A DNA stretch of 44,145 nucleotides, taken from NCBI GenBank assembly GCA_032718475.1, contig JAUCBJ010000433.1, positions 1 to 44,145 of the forward strand. Direction: 5' to 3'. This document shows, one piece after another, positions 1 to 11,197 of this stretch (its first letter is position 1; every line of letters starts with the position of its first letter). Under the pieces are notes generated by a model. That model saw only the letters and a program-made list of their open reading frames with translations, did not search any database and was not told the origin of the DNA. Source of the DNA: Nemertoderma westbladi (taxonomy: Eukaryota > Animalia > Xenacoelomorpha). The position numbers and the translations under genes are program-made.

Positions 1-774
1 CAGGTTACAGTGGCACGTAAATCTCGCCAAAACAATAAACGAAACGCAATAGAACAGGTTACAGTTTTATTTTTAGGAGTACTCAGTTGTTATTTGTGTC
101 GAATTTCCCATTGAGAGGGATGACTTTTGTTGTCGAAAGTCCCCCTCTGAAATGGGATTATTTTTTCTTTGTAGAAGTTAAACACACTATAATGAATAAC
201 AGTTTCTTTCAAATCTTTTTTTAGTACGATGCCCACACATCTAGTTTGGGATTCGTTTAAAGTAGGCCTATTATGCTTGTGCAGACCACCTAGGTTTACA
301 CTAAAACTCCCACACAACAAGTCTAGACAAAGAAATTTATCTGGAATTGAGAACCAGAGCCTTTCTTGAATAATTTAGTTTATAAAAATATGTTTTTTCA
401 TAAATATTACTAGGTCTACTTTATATGTAATCAAATGCGTAAACGCAATGTAATTTAGTGATTGAGATTGATAATCAGGTGCTAACAACAACTCTCCCGA
501 TAAAAGTATTGCACGTAAAATGTATCTCCGCTGCCATTTCTTAGATGTAAACTATCAGAAAGTTTGAAATTCTATTGAGCTGTTGGAGTTGAAATTATCA
601 TCAGGTGGATTTCAGTTCTCCCCTTCTAAACGTTATTCTATAACTCATATAACTAAAATACTATGTAGAGATCTTCACAAACTAAATGTTTTATTGTGTA
701 AACAGTCCCACCCATTTGGAGTCCTTTTTTGCGCCGCTTTGCCGTGATAATGGTTGGGTGCAATCGTCGCCTGA

Positions 775-870
775 ATTCGCCCGCGACCAACCTTCGCCCA
801 CAGCCAACCTTCGCCCACGTCCAACTTTCGCCCGGGTCCACCCTTCGTCCGCGTCCAATCTTCGCCCGAT
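775..870. repeat. Short tandem array of a ~17-bp unit (caaccttcgcccacgtc-like), about 5 copies; possibly subterminal repeats of a DNA transposon
   Basis: caaccttcgcccacagc / caaccttcgcccacgtc / caactttcgcccgggtc / cacccttcgtccgcgtc / caatcttcgcccg read directly. Confidence 0.75.
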
Positions 871-2192
871 TGGGGGGTTACAGAGACGGCTTTTCTAACC
901 AAAACAATAAACGATGTTGTTAGCACGCATTTTGAGGAGAAGATTGAACGCGGGCGCTGCCTTCTCGTGGGTGAAGTTTGCTGCATATCGCCGGGATCCT
1001 GTTTTACTCCATTTGATTACATTTCCCTTTGCATATAATTGTAGACAAGAGTATTCACTAGACACTACCTACAGGTTCCATCTGCTCACATAGTCTGTCT
1101 ACACACCCATTTCTTACTTTCAGTATCCTAAACCCAAATATCGGACTTCGGACGATCTGACGATCGATCAGATTATACGACATTATATACTGGGGCATTT
1201 CTGCATCCTTATCTAATCCATATCGTTTAAGGAATATGTAATGTAAGGAAGTCCTCTAGTGGGTTAGCTCACAGTGGGCGTTCACTGAGTAAAAAAACAA
1301 CTCGAAGTAACAATATGCCACTACATAAAAGATTCTAAGTTGGACGGGATTGTGTTGTAAAAAGTTTTGACTGAAAGACGTTTTGTTTTGGTTAACAGTA
1401 AAACAAAGCATATGCATATGTTAACGCATGTTGATGTAGTGTAAACGCTACGCTTTTTAAATTTGGTCATAAAGTTAAAGTTTAAAGAATTATTTTTCGA
1501 CAATGGCTAGGCCAGGTACAAAATTGTTTAGTTTTATTCATAAAAAAAAGGCCGCGAAATTCAAATTTTTTATAAATTGGCAGTTAATTTAGGAATGAGA
1601 CCAGAGATGCATGCGCAATCAATATCAGGATGAAACTGAAACATAAAAAACAATCGCTATCGATCACATCAGTAAAACATTCCTACCAAATATAATTTCA
1701 CATCAACTGATTTTCCAATGAAACAATCCACTCCGATTATCGCGAATAAGTAACGAAGCACAGGAGCTTGAAACAGATTCTGCGACTATCTCCACTAAAA
1801 CTATGATTACGCTTTAGTGCATACTCACCCAACCGCAACGGCCAGCTGGCTAACCCCTCCCAACCCCTTATCCTACATAATTATTCCATTCTAAATTAAA
1901 CCGCGATACGCTGTAATGATTTTTACCTTGGTCCCTGACTTCGGTCAATCCTTATCTATGGAAAAGCTGACACTTCAAACCAGCAGCTCAAATTGCAACG
2001 TATTATTCATAACGCATCTCTATTAATGGTTTATTTGACTAATATTTTAAGCCATTTTCGCACCCATGTCAATGAATAGTGATGTTTGACTGGTACCGGT
2101 ACTGCTTTAGTGCATATTATTTAAAATTGTCCAATGCTGAGAAAGTGAAATTCTGAATCTGTGTAATTGAACAACTATAAGGTGTCCATTAT

Positions 2193-2340
2193 CCATGGTG
2201 GTGAACAGGCATTCCTTTAGGAAACAGAGTGAAAGGGTTTACTGTGGAAGATCACCCATGGTGGTGGACAGGCATTCCTTTAGGAAACAAAGTGGAAGGG
2301 TTTACTGTGGAAGATCACTCATGGTGGTGAACAGGCATTC
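2193..2340. repeat. 63-bp tandem repeat, about 2.3 copies, directly upstream of the RTE insertion
   Basis: Units (c/t)catggtggtg(a/g)acaggcattcctttaggaaac... start at 2193, 2256 and 2319. Confidence 0.9.
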
Positions 2341-2344
2341 ATTC

Positions 2345-3170
2345 ATCTAGAATTTGCTGATGACTTAGGAGTACTCTCAGAATCACTAGAGGGAGCCCAA
2401 CGGCTCCTCAACTCATTAGAACATGCTGCTTCTAGTGTTGGTCTTATTATTAACTCCAGAAAGACCAAAATTTTGATAGTTAACTTTGAAAGTCCTCAGC
2501 AAGTCTCTGATCGGATGAGCATAAGCTCAAAAGATGGTATGCTTGAGCATGTGGATGACTTCTGTTACCTGGGATCATGGATCCGGAAGTCACGTGAGGA
2601 CCTTCGAATACGTAAGGGAAAAGCAAAGGCAGCCTTGAATAGGCTTTCCAGGATTTGGAAGTCAACAAGAATTAATCGGAAACTTAAGGTCCGATTATTT
2701 AGAGCAGCAGTAGTTCCAGTACTCCTCTATGGGAGTCCAAGCTGGGCTCTAACTGCTGAGGACACCAAATCTCTGGATGGCACATTCACAAGAATGCTAC
2801 GTCGGGTTCATTGTGTCAAGTACAATGCACACATCTCTAACCAGACACTATATAACATTGGAGGTGTCTCATTAGTTCCCCCAAGCTTGACACTAGAACA
2901 AAATCGCCTCCGCTTTGCAGGACATTGCTTTCGCCGTGAGGACCAGCCAGTGCATAATCTTGTACTTTGGCAGCCTCATGGAGTGAATAAGCATGGTGGA
3001 CAGCCCATGACTTTCTTGAGACGCATCTTAAAGGATACTAGCCTTGAAGATGCGGATGATCTAGGAAATGTCATGGGTGATAGGGAGTTGTGGCGGTGCA
3101 ATTTTGTCGATAAGCCGGCACAGCATTCTTAAAAATGCAGCTGCAATGCAGCATGCCGATCCTAGTAGTA
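2345..3170 (+). mobile_element. 5'-truncated RTE-clade non-LTR retrotransposon (family B), RT C-terminal part plus 3' end
   Basis: Starts at LEFADDL; ORF 2473-3132 has FCYLGS, LLYGS..W.LT and RLRFAGH motifs; short 3' UTR ends in a tagtagta tail; near-identical to the copy at 19628-20964. Confidence 0.9.
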
Positions 3171-3258
3171 TCCTGAATATGCTTCCATGTTTTCGAACAT
3201 CTTCTTTACCTGACATCCGCATCCATGATCCCCAGTAACAGAAGTCATCCACATGCGC
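3171..3258 (-). mobile_element. Degenerate inverted fragment of the same RTE family (DDFCY.GSW region)
   Basis: Reverse complement catgtggatgacttctgttactgggatcatggatgcgg... matches about 2548-2600 with many changes. Confidence 0.7.
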
Positions 3259-3400
3259 ACGTCGTTAGAGATTAATTTGTGACATTTCCAGAGATCTGTA
3301 AGAGTAACTATATCCAAATTACAAATAACCATTTTAATAGCATAGTGATCCGTAGCCATATCTGGAGATCTTGATATGTATATATATATATTGTTGACCA

Positions 3401-3592
3401 ACTACTAGGATCGGCATGCTGCATTGCAGCTGCATTTTTAAGAATGCTGTGCCGGCTTATCGACAAAATTGCACCGCCACAACTCCCTATCACCCATGAC
3501 ATTTGCTAGATCATCCGCATCTTCAAGGCCAGTGTCCTTTAAGATGCGTCTCAAGAAAGTCATGGGCTGTCCACCATGCTTATTCACTCCAT
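3401..3592 (-). mobile_element. Inverted 3'-end fragment of RTE family B
   Basis: Reverse complement of about 2978-3169 including the tagtagt tail; translates GVNKHGGQPMTFLRRIL...KPAQHS. Confidence 0.92.
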
Positions 3593-3657
3593 TATAAATA
3601 TTAATGACGAGTAAGGGTCTTGAGCCACGACCCTTACTCGTCATTAATATTTATAAT
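3591..3657. repeat. Perfect palindrome: 29-bp arms, 9-nt loop
   Basis: attataaatattaatgacgagtaagggtc-ttgagccac-gacccttactcgtcattaatatttataat. Confidence 0.95.
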
Positions 3658-4839
3658 TTGAGTATGCTTACGCCACGAAAGGCATCGTTCCATTACATTA
3701 ACTCGCTTGATATTCACTCCATTAGGCTGCCAAAGTACAAGATTATGCACTGGCTGGTCCTCACGGCGAATATATTGTTGACCAAAGAAGCGATTCTTCC
3801 GACTCTAATATGACTTGACATATAACCATAATGTGTCACATTATGTGACTTTTCGTATTAAATTTTACGTTACATAGACCGACTTCATATTATACCAATG
3901 GAGTTGAATAATATTTGAATTGCGAATAGTGTCCATATTAGCGAAATATTGATCGACCATATTAATTAAAACGATTCTATAACTTTTGTTGAGAACGTCG
4001 TTTCAAAGTCGTTATTGACGTCCAGGTGGGATCGAACTGGTAGCTCTAACCATTCCGATAGCAGTCACACAAACGGTGGACAAGGAGATACTACCTGATA
4101 TGTCTGCAACTGACATCCTCATTGTCCAGCAAGAGTGGCTATCAATCACCTTTATAATAATTTAATTTAAGTTTATGGACATGCAGGGAAGCCTTTAGCA
4201 AACCAGAGACCCGGTATAGGTAAAGCGAACTACGTCGCATTAAGTCCCATTGCCGTTAATTTCATTTTAAAAGGATTTCCCAGTAATGCGATGAGATCAG
4301 GAAAAACAATTTCCAGAATTTCACAGTTGAACACATTGGCCTGCACTGTAGCCCAAGGGGTCGCCCACAATTCAATGACTAAATTAAGTCTGAAGGAAAT
4401 TACTAAGGGAGATATGCTTTCCATTAAAATATACCTGAGGTTTCCCTCCCGAACCGGGATGGTTCGCATTGAGAGAAACAATTGAGATTATATGCTAATT
4501 GGTGTTGCGGCTTTGCATCAATAGCGGTCAAATTTGTATTGAGAATCGTATATTCCCTTAAGTAATTAACTGCTGCATAGAATAGCATCTGCGACCTCCA
4601 TATAATTGTAACTTATTCGTGAACTCGTCGATCGTCTTTGCGTCACGGGAACATGCAGGCAGGTGGTCGGTCGCCTTAGGGAAGTTAACCGGAACCCAAT
4701 AGTAGCTGCACAGGAATGTTGGGAACTTAGCAGCCTGCAGTAATAATTTAAAAATTGAATTTAATTGTAACAAAATACAGACATTTGAAATCCAAATAAT
4801 AAACAAATCATCTTAACCATTATATATTTATTTTCAATC

Positions 4840-4990
4840 AGCATAGTCTTATGGTGATCGTTTTGGACTTCCAATCATGAGGGCGCGGTTCGATCCCTAG
4901 CGATGCTGCTTGTTTTGCACATTGCTTTTAATGCGGCACCGTCGTTCTACCCAAGCTTTCATCATTCACTGTTAGATAAATTGGAAATAA
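4840..4990 (+). mobile_element. Degenerate tRNA-derived SINE head
   Basis: A-box-like tagtcttatggt and B-box ggttcgatccc at tRNA-like spacing; no intact cloverleaf. Confidence 0.45.
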
Positions 4991-5257
4991 ATGTAACTTG
5001 CCAAACTAAATGGTGAGATTTACTATGGACTACCAGCAGCTATGGAAGTATTATTTCTCATTTCCTTCAGAACTGACCTTTGTATAATTATTTTGAACCA
5101 GCAGCCCGTGAAGTATTCAATAACCAACGAATAAAGATGACAGACAGAGACGATGTCCATAGAGTCCGGCATAGAGAAAACATACAAGAATCTCCATCTG
5201 ATATTTTTAATTTATAAAGTCCTATGAGGTATTTAATGATGATTAATTTAATACAAC

Positions 5258-5383
5258 AAATGTGGTTCAACGTCTACACCCACCGACAAGTAACAAAAAT
5301 AAAGGGCATTATCGTCCGATACGATAATACCCTTTCTTTTTTGTTACTTGTCGGTGGGTGTAGGTAGACCTTGAACCACATTT
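5258..5383. repeat. ~126-bp imperfect foldback (hairpin)
   Basis: aaatgtggttcaa..tctacacccaccgacaagtaacaaaaa..aaagggcattatcgt-ccgat-acgataatacccttt..tttttgttacttgtcggtgggtgtag..ttgaaccacattt. Confidence 0.9.
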
Positions 5384-7123
5384 CGTCCCTTTCCATTTGA
5401 AACCACCTACCTATATGCCATTTTTGCCGAAATGGAGATTGCTGCATTTCTTTTTGTTAAAATGTATTCTGAATCCGATTAACACACTTAGAAGGCCATA
5501 CTCCCCACGTATAACTGAGATATTTATCGTTTCAAAACCATCTATATACCAGTTTCGCATAGACCGCATGATAAAGAATTATTTTTTTTAAAACAACCTA
5601 AATATTACATTTTCTATTATAAATAGAGTAAGCCTGGGAAACGGTGATATAAAAACTCGAACTAGGAACTAGCATTGTTGTTTATTATGATAGGGGGAGA
5701 TTTGCTTTATATTTTTAAAACTTAACAATCGAATTTGTCTTAAGGGTTTTAATTGTTTTTTTAGTAAACATTGTAAAAAATGTAATATTTTTATCGAAAC
5801 AACCTATATCCCTATACATTGTTTCCTACCTAATACGTCACATAATTCCAATACCATAACTCTTTTTGTTTAAAATCGTTACATTTAATGGATTTAAAAG
5901 TAAATAAGACCAAAATCCTGGAATATTACTTTCAAACAAGATTAGAATCGAAAATGCCGTTTTACAGGAAACGTCAATTTTGTCATTTAGGTTGTTTGAA
6001 AATGAAATGGCCGATTGCTGTCTTAAAGTCCTATCATATTCAACATTGTTAAACTGACGATGCCAAATTATCTCTTTTCAAACGGTTGAACAAAATTTGG
6101 AACAGAAATAAAGTGCAAATTAAATTAGGAAATACTGTATGTTACCATTATTTCATGATACTAGTATCCGTGTATTTTTAAGAAATATAGTCCACTCAGT
6201 GAAATAAATAAAGTTTTAGTTATACACTTACGCTGACAGACTGGTTGGTGCTATCAATTATATTATCCAGTTTAAACAACTATATTAACAAACATGTTGT
6301 GGAGATAGTTAATTAAAAAGAATGAATAATAAGTAGTTCTTCCACAGCAACAACAATTAAAGATTGATTGTATTTACCGGTAGCCGTTTCGTCCTAAATG
6401 ATAACAACATTAATCCTACTACCCGTAACAGAGACAGTTAGCAAACACTCTTTGTGGTGGTTTGTGTGGATCAATGAAAGCCAGACGGCACTTTATGGTA
6501 ACAAACAGCAGTCAATTAACCACCCAGTGATTTAGAGTTTCCTGTTTTTCTTCTATTTTATTCTATCGCTCAGTAAGAGTTGGGAATTCTCATTTGGTTC
6601 GGCCAATTAACTCCTTTCAATATTAAAACATAAAAGTTATAAAAAAATTTAACGAGTGTGGGTTTATAATAACTTTTACAAGGCATTCATAAAAACCATT
6701 CATAATCGGGTAATTATTTTCTATGAATTTCCTGAAGACACGGTTGCTGCTTTCAGCTTTCAGTTGCAGAACCATCTTTCAATTGATTTATTATAGAGAA
6801 CTACATTACTAGCTGAACTCAATTAATCATCAATATAAAATCCCTTTAAGAACTTTCTGACTAAATATTTTACCAACATTCAATCGCCTTGAATTTGAAA
6901 AGCGCAATTTCGACCGACAAGACAAGGGGCAAACTTGACGCAAAACCTATTAATTTGTAATTAACAATGTAAATTAGCAATTAGCAAAGGGAAAGGATTA
7001 GCATGTTATTGTAATAAACGAAAATCATTAGAAAAGGTCAAAGGTCACAGACAGTATTACTTTTGAATTGTAATCCAAATCCTCTGATTGATTCTCCCCT
7101 TGGGGGGGGGGGGGGGGGTGAAT

Positions 7124-7164
<41 letters not shown>

Positions 7165-7948
7165 CATCTATCTGCATCCAACTTCTACAATATCTTCAAT
7201 TAGAACTTATTCATTCGTAGCTGTCCATTTAGTTGTTCACCGCCGTGGGTGGTGGTGGGCAATTGAGTATAATTAAATAAATGGTAAATCAGTAACTCAC
7301 AAAGTGGGTAATGCCAGACGGTTGTTCTGTAATTTCGCTCTGTGTTTATTTAACAGGCAGTTCGGCAGAATAACTAACACCGGATTGTTAGACGAATCGA
7401 ATCGAAGACGGTCACAAAAGACAATATTAGGGTAATTAATTGGACACTAACTACATTTACGTTTTTTACAATATCACCGACAAGGCGGCATCAAGATTCC
7501 ACCACAGTTGAACCTTCCACTCTAGTCTACCACGATACTTTTTGGTCATGGTTGCAACTTTACATCAAGCACTTCCGCAAAAGTGCTGCTACGTCCAGGT
7601 ATTGAACCTGTCTCGCATTTTTTGCAGCATATAAAGTAAGTTAATTTGTTTCATTCTGATGTATAAATAAAATAATTTAATAAATATACTTTACTGCTAA
7701 AATTGACCTACCGCTAGGCCTACGACGCAACGGTAAATTAGTACCACCAGGTGATAATTATATTACATAATTTGCCGCAGGATTTACTTTCACTATCACA
7801 TAGAATGTTGAACTATAACGTTGCGAATAGCGTGGTCTGGTGCTGCCCTGCCTATACTACAACCGGTAAAGTTATACTAAACAAGTATGAATGATTGTAA
7901 CAAAAAAAATAATTTCTTGTCTAAATAAAATTTTAACGTACTGTTTAA

Positions 7949-7970
7949 CCCTATTTGGCCCGTGGGGGGT

Positions 7971-8001
<31 letters not shown>

Positions 8002-8010
8002 TGTCATTTT
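7949..8010 (+). mobile_element. Orphan piggyBac-like left terminus (TTAA|CCCTATT...poly-G)
   Basis: ttaa at 7945-7948 followed by ccctatttggcccg and a G-run; resembles the reverse complement of the terminus ending at 38454. Confidence 0.55.
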
Positions 8011-8444
8011 AGAAGAGTCAGATTTGTTGGGAACTAGATGTTACAATTAACAAATTACAGATGCTACAATTAGTTGGAGACTAGAATTTAATATGGCTTC
8101 CAGGTATGTTAGTTTTCGCGCTGTTGTACTTTTCTTGCTCCCATTTTTATGTTAAAATTGTCGAAAGTTTTTAAGGCTTGTAATTAATCAATTAATTTTA
8201 GGTATAAAGCGGTTTATGGATTCTGATTATAATTATAGAATTCAAATATAAAATTCGAGAAAATTTTTGGTTATTTTGAACTTGACCCTGAGGCTAAAAG
8301 TTATTTTTTTATTTTTATTTTTGGCATAGCATAGCTACGAAACAAAATGAGAAATATATACAATATTTTTCGCGATACTTTCGTATTAATTTAAAACGAA
8401 ATATTAAAAAACATGTTGACCTTCAACTGCATTCTTCTGACTCT

Positions 8445-8652
8445 GCTAACAGCTGATATTATCTTCTAACAGCTGGTGTTATATTTTAACAGCTGATGTA
8501 ATGTGCAACAGCTGATGTTATCTGCTAACAACTGATATTATCTGGTAACAGCTGATGGTAAATGCTAACAGCTGATGATATATTCTAACAGGCTGATGAG
8601 ATGATATCCGCTAACAGCTGAAGCTATCTGCTGCTTGTCTGCCAGCTGATGT
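8445..8652. repeat. Minisatellite with ~19-21-bp unit (ctaacagctgatgttatctg), about 10 diverged copies
   Basis: Recurrent aacagctgat core at about 20-bp spacing. Confidence 0.85.
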
Positions 8653-10049
8653 GACCTGAATGCTAAAATTTTAACTACAATTAAATTCGTAAAAAGTTAT
8701 AATTTTAGCCTATATATAATGTATAATTTTTTTTCAAATTAATGTAACATGTTCGGTGAATAAGAGACAAAATCAAAATGTTAATGCCAGGTAAAATGGC
8801 AATTCCTGGAAAAACCGTTGTACTTACAACTCGTTACCATTGTTTGGTAGGTGTTACAAGATTCACTCAGAGGATTACATTCTATTAGTAGGCAAAGAGA
8901 GTCTCACAAAGACAGGCTAACCACTCTCATTACCATTATATAAATCGCTGCAGCCCCACCGCGTGTAGGCGGGTAGGTGTGGGGGGGTATCCTCCCTTGG
9001 GGGCGCGCTACAGCGGGGGCACTGAGCTCCCGACAACACCCGCTCTCAATTAATCCAACACGGCAACCCGCGGCGGTAGCAAACTGCCTCCCTTCTTCCC
9101 TTCAACTTCAAATGACTCCATTTGTAGATTAAATTTCCGGCAGGATTTGTGCGGAAACCGCCTTTGGTGGGGTTTCGGAGGGATCGTTGGGTTTATTCGT
9201 GTTGACTGGTAATCTCGGCCATCTCGACGGTTTACGTTGTGTCGCAACTTGATATATTAATTAAGGAATAAAAATTAGAGAAGAAAAGGTCATTCCTGCC
9301 GCTAGACTGAGCTCATTGAAATTAGGAATGATTATGGTTTATGCAGACACCAAAAGGATTGACAGGATGGAGGAATAGCAATATCTGGAAAAAATCAATA
9401 TAAAAGGAGGATCACAAATTATTTCATGACATTTAAGATATTTTATAAATTAATTGGATCGAAATTGATTGTATTCTATGAATAACATCAAATACAAGAT
9501 TTAGATTTTATCAGCTGACAAGACAGCCCCATGAGATAGAGATGTTTAAACGCGGAGTGGACACAGCACAAATGAGAAGGTGACATTGGCAACAGAGGCG
9601 GTTGGAGATGGCAATGAGGATTTGGAGTCACCTAGGGCCGGGTTAGTTGATTCGAATGGCGGTTAGCCAGTGTTACTGGATCCTACATTGCATTGCGGCA
9701 ACCCATAGATGCTTCAACGATTAGTCTATACATGGTGGTCTGTATCACAATGACCCAAAACAATATCATTAATGGAAGAACTTCTCGCCTGTAACACATT
9801 TCCCAATAATTAGTAGTTGCGGTTTTCTCCAAACGGGTGTAAGTCTCCAAAATATTTTGTTTAAATTAGCAAATATATTTATAACACAATTTTCAATTTC
9901 AATTTACTTATGTCTCCGGAATTTTGAATTATCCAATCCACCCTGGATAAACTACCAACCTACTATCAATACTATCGACCTGTTTCAAGTTATTATTCAT
10001 TTGAAATGTGAGGAAATCTGCTAAAAAAAACTGCCAAACTGCTTGCCTT

Positions 10050-11197
10050 CCCAGAACCTACGATGGGACTCCGGAAGCTTCAATGGGGCTCCGGAAGCTA
10101 TGATGGGGCTATGATAGAACGTACCCGGAAGCTATGATGGGGTTATGATAGAACGTACCCGGAAGCTATGATGAGGCTATGATAGAACGTACCCGGAAAC
10201 TACGATGGGGTATGATAGAACGTACCCAGAAGCTACAATGGGGCTATGATAGAACATACCCGGAAGCTACGATGGGGCTATGATAGAACGTACCCAGAAG
10301 CTACAATGGGGCTATGATAGAACGTACCCGGAAGCTATGATGGGGCTATGATAGAAAATATCTGGAAGCTACGATGGGGCTATGATAGAACGTACCCAGA
10401 AGCTACGATGGGGCTATGATAGAACATACCTGGAAGCTACGATGGGGCTATGATAGAACATACCCGGAAGCTACGATGGGGCTATGATAGAACGTATCCG
10501 GAAGCTATGATGGGGCTATGATAGAACATATCTGGAAGCTACGATGGGGCTATGATAGAACATATCTGGAAGCTACAATGGGGCTATGATAGAACGTACC
10601 CGGAAGCTACAATGGGGCTACGATAGAACGTACCCGGAAGCTATGGTGGTGCTATGATAGAACATACCCGGAAGCTACGATGGGGCTATGATAGAACATA
10701 CACGGAAGCTACGATGAGGCTATTATAGAACATACCCGGAAGCTACGATGGGGCTATTATAGAACATACCCGGAAGCTACGATGGGGCTATGATCTAACA
10801 TACCCGGAAGCTACGATGGGGCTATGATAGAATGTACCCGGAAGCTACAATGGGGCTCAAGAAGCTACGATGGGACTATGATAGAACATACACGGAAGCT
10901 ACAATGGGACTATGATAGAACATACCCGGAAGCTACGATGAGGCTATGATAGAACGTACCCGGAAGCTACGATGGGGCTATGATAGAACATACCCGGTAG
11001 CTACGATGGGGCTATGATCGAACATACCCGGAAGCTACGATGGGGCTATGATAGAACATACCCAGAAGCTACAATGGGGCTACGATAGAACGTACCCGGA
11101 AGCTACGAGGGGGCTATGATTGAACGTACCCAGAAGCTACGATGGGGCTATGATAGAACATACCCGGAAGCTTCAATGGGGCTATGAGAGAACGTAT
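10050..11197. repeat. 34-bp minisatellite (acccggaagctacgatggggctatgatagaac[g/a]t), about 32 copies, preceded by ~20-bp subunits
   Basis: Contiguous head-to-tail units with point variants and no unique spacers. Confidence 0.97.

Noticed and set aside
4015-4065. tRNA gene (B-box-like gttcgatccc on the minus strand; similar motif near 7600)
   Set aside because: No complete cloverleaf; at most decayed SINE heads.
7088-7276. Poly-Gly/poly-Pro ORF
   Set aside because: Artefact of G and C homopolymer runs.
8940-9250. GC-rich patch as a possible ribozyme or structured RNA
   Set aside because: I could not fit a hammerhead or HDV core by eye.
10050-11197. CRISPR-like array with 34-bp period
   Set aside because: Units are contiguous with no unique spacers, there are no cas genes and the context is eukaryotic.
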